Source: an uncultured Cryomorphaceae bacterium (GTDB taxonomy: Bacteria > Bacteroidota > Bacteroidia > Flavobacteriales_D > Cryomorphaceae). Taken from it: DNA of 64,000 nucleotides. This document shows positions 1 through 8,939 of this stretch, piece after piece. Each line of letters begins with the position of its first letter. The stretch's first letter is position 1. A program made the position numbers and the translations under genes. The notes under the pieces were generated by a model. It was given only the letters and a program-made list of their open reading frames with translations. It had not been told where the DNA came from and searched no databases. Location: positions 30,935 through 94,934 of the forward strand of contig CALOFA010000016.1 in the NCBI GenBank assembly GCA_942492545.1, given 5' to 3'.

Positions 1-451
1 CTCGGTGGTCTCATCGATCAAAGTTTAGTACACTTTCCAATTCCAAATTTCGTTGTATGATAAGGATTGGCAAAGTGATGTGAATAAAAATACTGCCTTT
101 CTTCGGCGATGGTTGACAAGCATACTACATTCGTCATGATTTGTGTGAAGAGAAAATTCTGTCAATTCGAGTGAATTTCCCGAGTGTAAGGAGGGAAATT
201 TGTATCGAGAATCAGAATTTTCGTGTGCAAGGCTGTTCTCGATACTATTCGCTTGGCGCGAATCACTCGAGCTGACATTGCCGCCATTCATGTTCAATTG
301 ACTTAATGAGTTCATTCAATATTGTTTAACAAATATCCATTGATGAGAATTGCCTTGAAGACACTCTTTTTCTTCTTTTTTAGTAGCATTTGCCTTTTCG
401 GCGAAAGCCCAACCGATATTCGATAAGTCTGAAACACCGTGGGCCGACAGC

Positions 452-1933
452 TTGTTGGCTACACTTTCCGTGGAAGAAAAAATCGGGCAACTCTTCATGG
501 TGGCTGCCTACAGCAATCGCGATGCCAAGCACGAAAAGGAACTTCTCGAATTGGTAAAAAGGTACAAAATCGGCGGCTTAATCTTTTTTCAGGGCGGCCC
601 CGTGCGCGAAGCCAAAATGTACAATCGGCTGCAGGCTGCCGCTGAGATACCCTTGCTTATTGGGATGGATGCCGAGTGGGGACTTGGGATGCGGCTCGAT
701 AGCACCATCAGCTTTCCTCGACAAATGACCTTGGGCGCCATCCAAAACGATTCGCTGATTTATGCCATGGGCAAGGAAATAGCCCGCCAAAGCAGACGAA
801 TTGGCATACACGTCAATTTTGCGCCCGTAGTGGATGTGAACAATAATCCGAATAACCCCGTGATCAACAATCGCTCTTTCGGCGAAGACAAAGAAAATGT
901 CGAAAGAAAAGGATTGGCCTACATGCACGGAATGCAAGACAACGGGGTATTGGCCAATGCCAAGCATTTTCCGGGACACGGGGATACCGACACCGACTCG
1001 CACTACAACCTGCCCGTGATCAAGCACGACATCAATCGGTTGAGAAGCGTTGAGCTCTACCCGTATTCACAAATGTTCAAAGAAGGACTGGGCTCCATCA
1101 TGGTGGCGCATTTATCGATTCCCGCTTTGGATTCTACGCCCAATCGTGCGAGTACGCTTTCGCCGAATGTGGTAACGGGACTGCTTCAAGAAGAGATGGG
1201 TTTTGACGGATTGATCTTTACCGATGCCCTCAATATGAAAGGAGTCTCCAAATTTTACGAGCCAGGAGAGGTGGACTTGCTTGCCGCAATAGCGGGAAAT
1301 GACGTACTGCTTTTTGCTGAGGATGTGCCCAAAGCCCTCAACAAAATCCGTGACGCCATAGCTGATGGCTCTTATTCTGAAGCCGATTTGAACCGAAGTG
1401 TCGCCAAGATTTTGAAGGCCAAGGAATGGGCGGGAATTCACCGCGGTGAAGAGATTTTAGAGTCGAATATCTTTAAAGATCTGAATACTCCCGAAGCTGA
1501 TTTTCTCAAACAGAAGCTGAGCGAAGCCGCCATGACCTTGGTTCAGAATAAGAATGGCATTTTGCCCCTCGGCGACTTGGACAGCCGAACCATCTCCGTG
1601 GTGACCATTGGCGGAGACGGCCAAATTTTCAAGAACCGATTGGCCAAATACACCGATTTCAAATCGGTGGAAACAGTGACTTCTCCCGAGCCTGTCGAAG
1701 CCCTGCGCGTCCGCGATTTTGCGCTGAAGAGCAATACCGTCATCATCAACGTCGAGGGAACGTCCAATTCACCATCGAAGAACTTCGGACTTTCCAACGA
1801 TGCCATTAATTTAATCGAAACCATCGCCGCTGAGCGAGAGGTCATTTTGGTATTTATGGGCAATCCATACGCTTTGGCCAAGCTGAATCATCCCGAGCGC
1901 TTACCGTGCTATTTTGGTAGGCTACCAAGATGA
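452..1933 (+). CDS. Glycoside hydrolase family 3 domain (NagZ-like beta-N-acetylhexosaminidase), N-terminal part of a GH3/beta-lactamase-fold fusion. The likely true start is ATG 343, which encodes signal peptide MRIALKTLFFFF... in the +1 frame.
   Basis: GH3 N-domain motifs are present (KHFPGHGDTDTDSHY; MVAHLSIPALD). The C-terminal GH3 beta-sandwich runs past the stop into the next ORF (…VILVFMGNPYALAKL / YQDDAHLNRAAAEAIMGAIPVTGKLPVS). Removing one T from the T6 run at 376-381 joins a good signal peptide in frame. Confidence 0.75.
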   Translation: MLATLSVEEKIGQLFMVAAYSNRDAKHEKELLELVKRYKIGGLIFFQGGPVREAKMYNRLQAAAEIPLLIGMDAEWGLGMRLDSTISFPRQMTLGAIQNDSLIYAMGKEIARQSRRIGIHVNFAPVVDVNNNPNNPVINNRSFGEDKENVERKGLAYMHGMQDNGVLANAKHFPGHGDTDTDSHYNLPVIKHDINRLRSVELYPYSQMFKEGLGSIMVAHLSIPALDSTPNRASTLSPNVVTGLLQEEMGFDGLIFTDALNMKGVSKFYEPGEVDLLAAIAGNDVLLFAEDVPKALNKIRDAIADGSYSEADLNRSVAKILKAKEWAGIHRGEEILESNIFKDLNTPEADFLKQKLSEAAMTLVQNKNGILPLGDLDSRTISVVTIGGDGQIFKNRLAKYTDFKSVETVTSPEPVEALRVRDFALKSNTVIINVEGTSNSPSKNFGLSNDAINLIETIAAEREVILVFMGNPYALAKLNHPERLPCYFGRLPR

Positions 1934-3308
1934 TGCGCATCTCAATCGAGCGGCGGCCGAAGCCATTATGGGAGCCATTCCCGTAACGGGAAAACTGCCT
2001 GTTTCGATAGGAGAGTACTTCCAAGTGAACGAAGGAATAGAGTTGGCCGAAGCCACTCGACTTCACTACACCTCGCCAATGGAGTTCGGTTTATCGCCCG
2101 AGGCTTTCGCCAGAATAGATTCCATTGCCATGGATGGCATTCAAAAACGCGCCTATCCGGGAGCGCAAATTCTCATTGCTAAAAAGGGAAAAGTCATCTT
2201 CAATCAGAATTATGGGTTCCATACGTACGATGATCAAACTCCCGGGAGGAGCACTGACTTGTACGATCTGGCATCGATTACCAAGATTGTGGCTTCTACC
2301 ATCAGTCTGATGAAGCTCGATGACTTGGGCAAGTTTGATCTCGATGCCCCATTGAGTAATTATTTCCCTGAGATTCGGGCCGACAGCCCTTATTACGCCA
2401 TGCAACCACGGCGGATGCTGGCGCACGTGGCGGGCTTGAAAGCTTGGATTCCGTTTTATGTGGAAACCATGAACGAGGGCGAGCCCAAATGGGATGTGTA
2501 TTCCAAAAGCGAGTCGGCTCTGTATTCGCGCGAAGTAGCGCGGCAGATGTACATCAATAAAGTGGTGAGCGATTCGCTGATGTACCGAATCCTGGCATCG
2601 CCATTACGGCCGAACAAGGATTACAAATACAGCGATTTAGGCTACTACTTTATGCGCGAAATCATAAAACGGCAGAGCGGTTTGCGTATTGATAGTTTTG
2701 CTTCGGCCAACTTCTATGAGCCAATGGGATTGCAAACAATGGGGTACAATCCCTTGGAGCGGTTCCCGAAAGAGCGAATCGTACCGACCGAGTACGACAC
2801 CTATTTTCGGGGTCAACTTGTTCACGGATACGTGCATGATCCGGGAGCGGCGATGCAAGGCGGAATCGGCGGACATGCAGGAGTTTTTAGCAATGCCGAA
2901 GACTTGGCGGCCATCATGCAAATGCTGATCAATGAAGGGACATACGGTGGCGAGCGCTTTCTGAGTGAGGCCGTGGTGGCGGAATACACGCGTTGTCAGT
3001 TTTGCGATTCAGAACTCGACGAAGAAAGAAGAGGAGCTGGGTTTGACAAGCCCGTGATTCCCGATGGGCCCGGCCCGACGTGCAAATGTGTGAGCTTTGA
3101 CTCCTTCGGTCACTCGGGCTTTACAGGCACCATTGCTTGGGCCGACCCTGTTGAGGATATTGTTTACGTTTTCCTTTCCAATCGCGTTTATCCCAGCGCC
3201 GAGAATAAGAAGTTAGCCAAGATGAATATCCGCACGAATATTCAGGAGGAGATTTATCGGGTTTTGGGATCGGCCAATACAACTGAGACGGCAAGAGTTG
3301 CTCCTTAA
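1914..3308 (+). CDS. Beta-lactamase-fold serine hydrolase domain (SxxK = SITK), C-terminal half of the GH3/beta-lactamase fusion. It overlaps the previous ORF by 20 nt in another frame.
   Basis: LASITKIVAS is a serine beta-lactamase/esterase motif. It begins with the last strands of the GH3 C-domain, consistent with one gene interrupted near 1905-1935. Confidence 0.7.
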   Translation: MVGYQDDAHLNRAAAEAIMGAIPVTGKLPVSIGEYFQVNEGIELAEATRLHYTSPMEFGLSPEAFARIDSIAMDGIQKRAYPGAQILIAKKGKVIFNQNYGFHTYDDQTPGRSTDLYDLASITKIVASTISLMKLDDLGKFDLDAPLSNYFPEIRADSPYYAMQPRRMLAHVAGLKAWIPFYVETMNEGEPKWDVYSKSESALYSREVARQMYINKVVSDSLMYRILASPLRPNKDYKYSDLGYYFMREIIKRQSGLRIDSFASANFYEPMGLQTMGYNPLERFPKERIVPTEYDTYFRGQLVHGYVHDPGAAMQGGIGGHAGVFSNAEDLAAIMQMLINEGTYGGERFLSEAVVAEYTRCQFCDSELDEERRGAGFDKPVIPDGPGPTCKCVSFDSFGHSGFTGTIAWADPVEDIVYVFLSNRVYPSAENKKLAKMNIRTNIQEEIYRVLGSANTTETARVAP

Positions 3309-3357
3309 GGTAGGGTTAGCTTTAGATTTATAAACTTACGATATTGGTGGCACTCTC

Positions 3358-4578
3358 TTGTTGCTTATGATTGTGAGAACTTGTTTATTGATAATTGTCC
3401 TTTTCTTTTCTTCCGACTTTCAAGGCTTGCGATGTCAATCTTTAGAAGGTAGCTGGATTTGCTCCCACGCTATGAGTATCAAAACGGTCACGGTAAGATC
3501 CGTTTTTTCGATTGATAATCTTTTTTCGAGTGAAACTTTATACAATAAATTGGAAAAGCCTGAAGTAGATTCTTCATACTATGCAGGAGGAGAAATTCTA
3601 TTGATCAGTGAAAATGATCAGGTAGCATTTTATAACCTGAATGGTGTTGAATCCGAAGGAATAATCAATCGAACTAATGGAACGGTAGTATTTACCGATG
3701 GAAAATTGGATTTACGAGTTGATGCAGACTCTCAATTTGTATTAATCGAAAATGTGAATGATTCTATGAGGTGGGAACATACTTTTCACCCATTGAAATC
3801 ATCAAACATCTTTGATACTGATGGAATATCTCAGGACTTCACTTTTTCTAATTCTAGCTGGTTTGTTCAAGCAGATAGCACTTCAATCAATTATCAGCTG
3901 TCTCTCAACGTTGTCGATAGCACTACTTCGATTCTGACTCGCAGAATGAACGACGAGATATTGACTTCATTTGCAAGAAGTTTAGAGGGATGGTATTTTG
4001 ATCACCTGTTCTTTTCATTTTTAGATGAATTTAATTCTTCCGTTCAGATGTTTCATTTTTATGGTATGAAGAATGATTCTTTGCTGGGTGATACATACGA
4101 AAAACATGTGTTTGAAGATGAACCGCCACGATACAACAAAATCTTTTTCGTTAAGAAAGATACCCTTTCACAGTTGGAGAAGAAAAATTTCAAATCTCAA
4201 ATCTATGGTAAGTGGCAAGCGGTGAACGAACCGCTATGGTATGATACTATGTTTTTCTACGGTTTCTTAGCTAATCAAGAATTTGAAATTTCATTCGGTC
4301 GAGACCAAGAATTTAGGTTTGATAAATCCGCTATTCTATTAAGAAATGGTCATTCAATACCACTGGTGGATTCGTTAAAAGGAACTTGGGATATTGGGCC
4401 AACAGGGGAGTATATAAGTATATATCAGACTGAAAGTCATTATCCATTCCTGTCAATTCGCGAAATTCAAGAAGATTCGATGATACTCTTCTATAATTTA
4501 AAAGCCATGTCAGATGAATCAGATTACAATAGTTACGAGAATAGAAAAATTGTATTGAAGCGTATAGATGACCGTTAG
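3358..4578 (+). CDS. Hypothetical protein, markedly AT-rich gene.
   Basis: 406-aa ORF with a hydrophobic N-terminus and no recognisable motifs. Base composition visibly differs from the flanking genes. Confidence 0.4.
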   Translation: MLLMIVRTCLLIIVLFFSSDFQGLRCQSLEGSWICSHAMSIKTVTVRSVFSIDNLFSSETLYNKLEKPEVDSSYYAGGEILLISENDQVAFYNLNGVESEGIINRTNGTVVFTDGKLDLRVDADSQFVLIENVNDSMRWEHTFHPLKSSNIFDTDGISQDFTFSNSSWFVQADSTSINYQLSLNVVDSTTSILTRRMNDEILTSFARSLEGWYFDHLFFSFLDEFNSSVQMFHFYGMKNDSLLGDTYEKHVFEDEPPRYNKIFFVKKDTLSQLEKKNFKSQIYGKWQAVNEPLWYDTMFFYGFLANQEFEISFGRDQEFRFDKSAILLRNGHSIPLVDSLKGTWDIGPTGEYISIYQTESHYPFLSIREIQEDSMILFYNLKAMSDESDYNSYENRKIVLKRIDDR

Positions 4579-4614
4579 CGATTTTAACTAAGCTGGTAAA
4601 AAGTTGCTCCCTAT

Positions 4615-5262
4615 TCAGCGAACTACAAACTTTCCACCTTCTAAGGGTATATCATTAAAAGGCTTCAGGAAATAAACTCCCGGGGCGAAATGCTCTGTAG
4701 AAAAATTGAACGGGCTCCTGTCGATTCTGAAATTCTCCAGTTCTTTTCCCAATAGGTCGTAGACGGCTATTTGTCCGCGCCATTCGGTTTCAATAAAAAG
4801 ATTTCCGCTACTTGGATTTGGGTAAATGCTGAAAACGGATTGATCGCCGTAGTTATTAATTGAATTAACTCCTTCCACGGTGAATTCCGTGTAAGCCGTA
4901 TCAGCCACCGCTTCATCCCCGAAAACTCCCGAGATCATGACGTATTGTACTTTATACGTTCCCGGAGCATAAGATCCCAATGCAGTTGTATCTATGGAGT
5001 TGCAAATGGCCGTGGCGAGTCCAAGTTCGTGTTCAACAATTACGGTGATGGTGTCTTGACTATAGGCGAATTCGGTTTCCACAATCGGGCAACCTTGGCT
5101 GGGATGCCAGGCCGTGGCTATTACAGAAACTACATCATCTGTGGTGATGGGAGCTTCGGGTATGATTTCAAGTTCTTCAATACCTTGCCCAATAGCTGTA
5201 ATGGTGCTCAAGGCAAATAGGAGGATCAAAAAGGGTCGGGTGAATGGGGTGTTTCTATACAT
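4615..5262 (-). CDS. Secreted protein with T9SS type-A C-terminal sorting domain.
   Basis: N-terminal signal peptide. C-terminus IYPNPSSGNLFIETEW…VYDLLGKEL matches the Por secretion-system CTD. Confidence 0.6.
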   Translation of the reverse strand: MYRNTPFTRPFLILLFALSTITAIGQGIEELEIIPEAPITTDDVVSVIATAWHPSQGCPIVETEFAYSQDTITVIVEHELGLATAICNSIDTTALGSYAPGTYKVQYVMISGVFGDEAVADTAYTEFTVEGVNSINNYGDQSVFSIYPNPSSGNLFIETEWRGQIAVYDLLGKELENFRIDRSPFNFSTEHFAPGVYFLKPFNDIPLEGGKFVVR

Positions 5263-5301
5263 GATTGGTCGATTAGGTAATGCTAAATTAAGTATTGATA
5301 A

Positions 5302-5973
5302 TTACCGAAGTAGCGTGTATCCATCAATGGAAAACGAAGTGCCCATATCTCGAACCGTATGACTCATTTTAAGTTGACTTTCGTCGTAAATCAAATATGC
5401 ATCTAGATTTAGAATAATGGGCGGTACGCATGAAACGATTCGGTTGTTTTGATACTCAATGTTCTGATATTCGAAAGTGGGCAGGAATCCGATTTCCTCA
5501 CCGATAAACGGGTCACCGTTGTCGTATTCGATAAAGCAAGTCCCTTGATTGAGGTTGAGGTCTTCGGGTTTGGTCAAGTAGATGGTGTCATTGCCGTAAA
5601 AGAAGAAGAGTTGGGAGAATTGCCTTTCGGGAATTAAAATATAGCCTTCACGAGAAATAACGCGGGTTTCGGATGGTTCCAATCCGCCAAAGTTGGTCGA
5701 TCCTTCAGTGAACTCTTCGTAAAAGACGAGCCCTTCGGTTGTCGAGCGGATTTCGACTACTAAAGTGTCGCCGCTGTAGGCGAAACTTCCTTCGGGGTCG
5801 GAACAGTCGGCCGTGTAGCGGAGATATCGATTTATCTGGCCTTCTTGGATGTTATTGAGTTCGATGGTGTTCTTTGGAGTTGGATCGGTAGGTGAAGAAT
5901 TTGAATCCTTGTCATCGGAATTGCATGAAATAGCGAAAAAAGGGATGAGGAATAATGCAAGATATTTTTTCAT
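5302..5973 (-). CDS. Lipoprotein, hypothetical.
   Basis: MKKYLALFLIPFFAISC is a lipobox. Confidence 0.5.
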   Translation of the reverse strand: MKKYLALFLIPFFAISCNSDDKDSNSSPTDPTPKNTIELNNIQEGQINRYLRYTADCSDPEGSFAYSGDTLVVEIRSTTEGLVFYEEFTEGSTNFGGLEPSETRVISREGYILIPERQFSQLFFFYGNDTIYLTKPEDLNLNQGTCFIEYDNGDPFIGEEIGFLPTFEYQNIEYQNNRIVSCVPPIILNLDAYLIYDESQLKMSHTVRDMGTSFSIDGYTLLR

Positions 5974-6338
5974 GTCGGTAGGTTTAATCGTTTGGTAATA
6001 GAGTGCCGAAAATTGGAAATGGTTACAGAGTGTTGTGTTTTTTTCGGTGAGCCGAAAGCGGTCTGCAAGTCTCCAGTGATTAAGTCTGTAGTGAATTGTT
6101 AAACGCAGAGCACGCCGAGAAGGCGCGGAGATCGCTGAGAGATCCCGTTGAATTCAACTTGGTTTTTTCGGTTGTAGAGATTGTCCTTTATGGCCATTTC
6201 TTCGCGCGCTTTGCGCATCCTGAGTGCACTTTGCGGTTAGACAAGTCAAACAGATGCGGGCCACTTGCACTGTATCTAAAAATCGGTTGATCGAGCGCGG
6301 TCAGTGAGCGAAGCCAAACCGAAGCCGAGATAACCGGC

Positions 6339-7901
6339 TTATTCACTCAACCGATAAATCAATCCCGCTCTCACGGCTACCCCAAAGGGCAGTGTCCTGA
6401 TTTCCTCATTTTCGAAAATCGGTGTCATCCACCCGCGATAACTAGGGTTGAGGCGCAACGCCATGCGCTCTGAAATGCCATATTCCACCGCTACACCTGC
6501 TTGAAAGGCCAGGTAGGTTCCTTCTATCTTTTTCATCGGTGCTATCTCCAAGTCAGGTGAGCCATCTTCAAGTGTGTAGTCCATGCTTGAACCAAGGATG
6601 TGATTTACTGAGAGCCCACCGCCTGCGGTAAACGTGAAAGGGTATAGGTTGTAGACATACTCCAAACTGATTGGAATAGAAAGATAGTTGATCTGTTGAC
6701 GCGCTTGAATATTGAATTCAACAGGATCGGCATCAGGAGAAAGCGTCTCAAAACCAATTCCAAATGGGTTCTCACCCGAAGTTGAATTGTATTGCGTGCT
6801 TCCAAATGAGCTCTCGACACTACCACCGAAATCAAACTGCTCTGATCCTGTTGCCGTGTTGATCATCACCTCTACATCGCTGAATACAACCTGTGCCGAA
6901 TAACTGCCTTCTTGAATCCATTGGTTGTACTCCATACCAATGCTCAAGCGGAATTTTTTTCCGAGTTCGCGACTTAATTGCAATCCCGCTCCGGGAGTGA
7001 TCAACCCGTTTTCAACTTTGTCGAGTTGGTTGGGAATGGCTTCGGCTCCCTCGGCTTGGGCCACAACGCGACGGTGCGTGTAATTGGCCATTCCGTATGC
7101 GAAGAGATACCAGTCTTTTCCCGGCTCATCGAAATAATCAACTTCCCTTTCGCGAATGGTGAATTCGGGACTTACGAATGAGAAAGGAGAAATGCTCGAA
7201 AGCAGGGTGGGGTTGAATGCCAAAGATGAATGACTTCGCGAAGTCGTCGGTATCACTTCAACATTTTCCGGTGAATTTGGCTGACCTTGAGTTGGCTCAA
7301 TCGGCGTTGAACCATTCATTCCGAGAATGGATTCAGCGTCACCTTTTGATGTCCTTGGATTCAGCTCAAGCCCAAGTGTTGAGTTGGCTTCTATCGATTG
7401 ATCTGTTTTTGAATTCGACCCATCAAGATCGCTCGATCGATTTACCGTTGAAGCGGCTTGAACCGAATGCCCTCCTTCCGAATTTTCAACTAAATCTTTT
7501 CCTTGATTTGATTCTCTTTCGGTTTGCTCAACTTCTCGACTTTTCGTTGAGGATGTTCCTGCAACGTTTTTCTCATTGGTCGTCGAAGCTTTCTCAGCAT
7601 TTTGGTCAGAAGTTTTGGTGATATTCTCGTTGGTTTCGGAAATCGATTCGCTCTTCTCCGTCTTGATTTTATTTTCCAATTCAGCCACGCGGGAATCCAT
7701 ATCGTAAAGACGGATGCCTAAAAAGGCAGCCCCACCTATGGGAATAAGCAAGAGCAGCAAAAGGAGGTAGCGCTTATTCCAAGCGAATCCACCTTTGGGC
7801 AAATCAGAAGAGATGCCTTCCCACACGGCTGGTGGCGGCTCCTCGGTATGACCGGCCAGCTTTTCCTGAAAGTATTTATCCAAATTGTTTTCTTCCATCA
7901 C
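6339..7901 (-). CDS. Anti-sigma-factor-like membrane protein: N-terminal cytoplasmic motif, single TM, ~180-aa Ser/Thr/acidic low-complexity linker, C-terminal beta-barrel-like domain.
   Basis: Lies immediately downstream of an ECF sigma gene and overlaps it by 4 nt. N-terminus EEPPPAVWEGIS…KRYLLLLLLLIPIGG is shared with the second anti-sigma at 48219. The C-terminal 250 aa show an alternating hydrophobic pattern. Confidence 0.5.
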   Translation of the reverse strand: MMEENNLDKYFQEKLAGHTEEPPPAVWEGISSDLPKGGFAWNKRYLLLLLLLIPIGGAAFLGIRLYDMDSRVAELENKIKTEKSESISETNENITKTSDQNAEKASTTNEKNVAGTSSTKSREVEQTERESNQGKDLVENSEGGHSVQAASTVNRSSDLDGSNSKTDQSIEANSTLGLELNPRTSKGDAESILGMNGSTPIEPTQGQPNSPENVEVIPTTSRSHSSLAFNPTLLSSISPFSFVSPEFTIREREVDYFDEPGKDWYLFAYGMANYTHRRVVAQAEGAEAIPNQLDKVENGLITPGAGLQLSRELGKKFRLSIGMEYNQWIQEGSYSAQVVFSDVEVMINTATGSEQFDFGGSVESSFGSTQYNSTSGENPFGIGFETLSPDADPVEFNIQARQQINYLSIPISLEYVYNLYPFTFTAGGGLSVNHILGSSMDYTLEDGSPDLEIAPMKKIEGTYLAFQAGVAVEYGISERMALRLNPSYRGWMTPIFENEEIRTLPFGVAVRAGLIYRLSE

Positions 7902-8464
7902 CTGTCAATTTCAAAAATCAAGGCTATTTTTTCTTGCAGCATTGCTCTGGCTCTGGTGAGCCGTACTTTGCTGTTGCTCTCGCTGATCTCCAGCTTCTCG
8001 GCCACCTCTCGGTGCGAGTATCCTTCCAATGCCACCAAGTTGAACACCAGCCGAAAGTCTTCGGGCAGGCTTTGAATCACCGCCGTCAGGTCTTTTGCAT
8101 ACATCTCGGTGGAGGGATTGGTATGCGTTACCGAATCCCATGCCATCACTTCTTGCCCGCGACTTTGCGGACGTCGACTTTTTTTGCGAATATTTTCCAA
8201 AGCGGTGTTGACCATAACTCTGCGAATCCAAGCACCAAGTGGTGCATCGGGTTTGTATTGATGCAAATCGCGGTAGACCTTCAGAAAACCATCCTGTAAG
8301 ATGTCCTCCGCTTCTTCTCGGGAGGACGCATAACGCAGGCACAATGCGAACATGACACCCTTGTGGGTATCGTAGATCGCCCGCTGGGCGTTCTTTTTGC
8401 CTTTGAGGCAAGCCTTTATAAGCTGTGTTTCATTCAGGATATTAAGAGTTGCTTCTGATGGCAC
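7898..8464 (-). CDS. RNA polymerase ECF-type sigma-70 factor.
   Basis: Sigma-70 regions 2 and 4 are present (FLKVYRDL…GAWIRRVMVNTALENIRKK; EGYSHREVAEKLEISESNSKVRLTRA). Confidence 0.85.
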   Translation of the reverse strand: MPSEATLNILNETQLIKACLKGKKNAQRAIYDTHKGVMFALCLRYASSREEAEDILQDGFLKVYRDLHQYKPDAPLGAWIRRVMVNTALENIRKKSRRPQSRGQEVMAWDSVTHTNPSTEMYAKDLTAVIQSLPEDFRLVFNLVALEGYSHREVAEKLEISESNSKVRLTRARAMLQEKIALIFEIDR

Positions 8465-8939
8465 CTATACTTGACTAGTGCCAATATTTCAGAATGGTTA
8501 CAGTGAATTTAGTATTAACCGGTTTTCAATCGAATTTCGGGAATTTTTCAAATCTATTTTTAAGGCACCAATCCACATGTTAATCCCTTTTTGTCTTGAC
8601 ACAAAAAGGGAGAAAACTTAGCGCCAGCGATATCATGAGTTCCTTTGAAAAACATACACGCCACGAATAAAGGTCAAGGACGTCGAAAGGCAATTTTTGC
8701 GCCACTGCAAGATGTTCTCGTGGTCAATTTGGGTGGGCGCAAAACCCGGCAAAAATGGACACGCGCAGTGGATAAGATAATTTAGCGTTCATGCAGAATC
8801 TCGGGATTAAGAACAGTTTATTTCGAAACCATTTTTACCGAGTATTGCTGCACGACGTCCGAACCTTCTTGAATGCACAATTGTCTGAAAGAGTCAAGAA
8901 GTACAGACCGCAATAACTGCCGGCTATTGGCTCTGATCT

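Noticed and set aside
1-450. A gene or ncRNA upstream of the GH3 gene (ORFs 25..315 and 316..498 on the minus strand).
   Set aside because: Low-complexity translations without motifs. The region more likely holds the GH3 promoter and the frameshifted signal-peptide start at 343.
578-1027. 149-aa minus-strand ORF inside the GH3 gene (and similar antisense ORFs 1112..1441, 1543..1881, 2091..2426, 2637..2921).
   Set aside because: Entirely antisense to a well-supported conserved coding region. No motifs. A typical shadow ORF.
6096-6290. 64-aa plus-strand ORF in the GC-rich intergenic region.
   Set aside because: No start context and no coding-like composition. Treated as non-coding (see the GC-rich intergenic finding).
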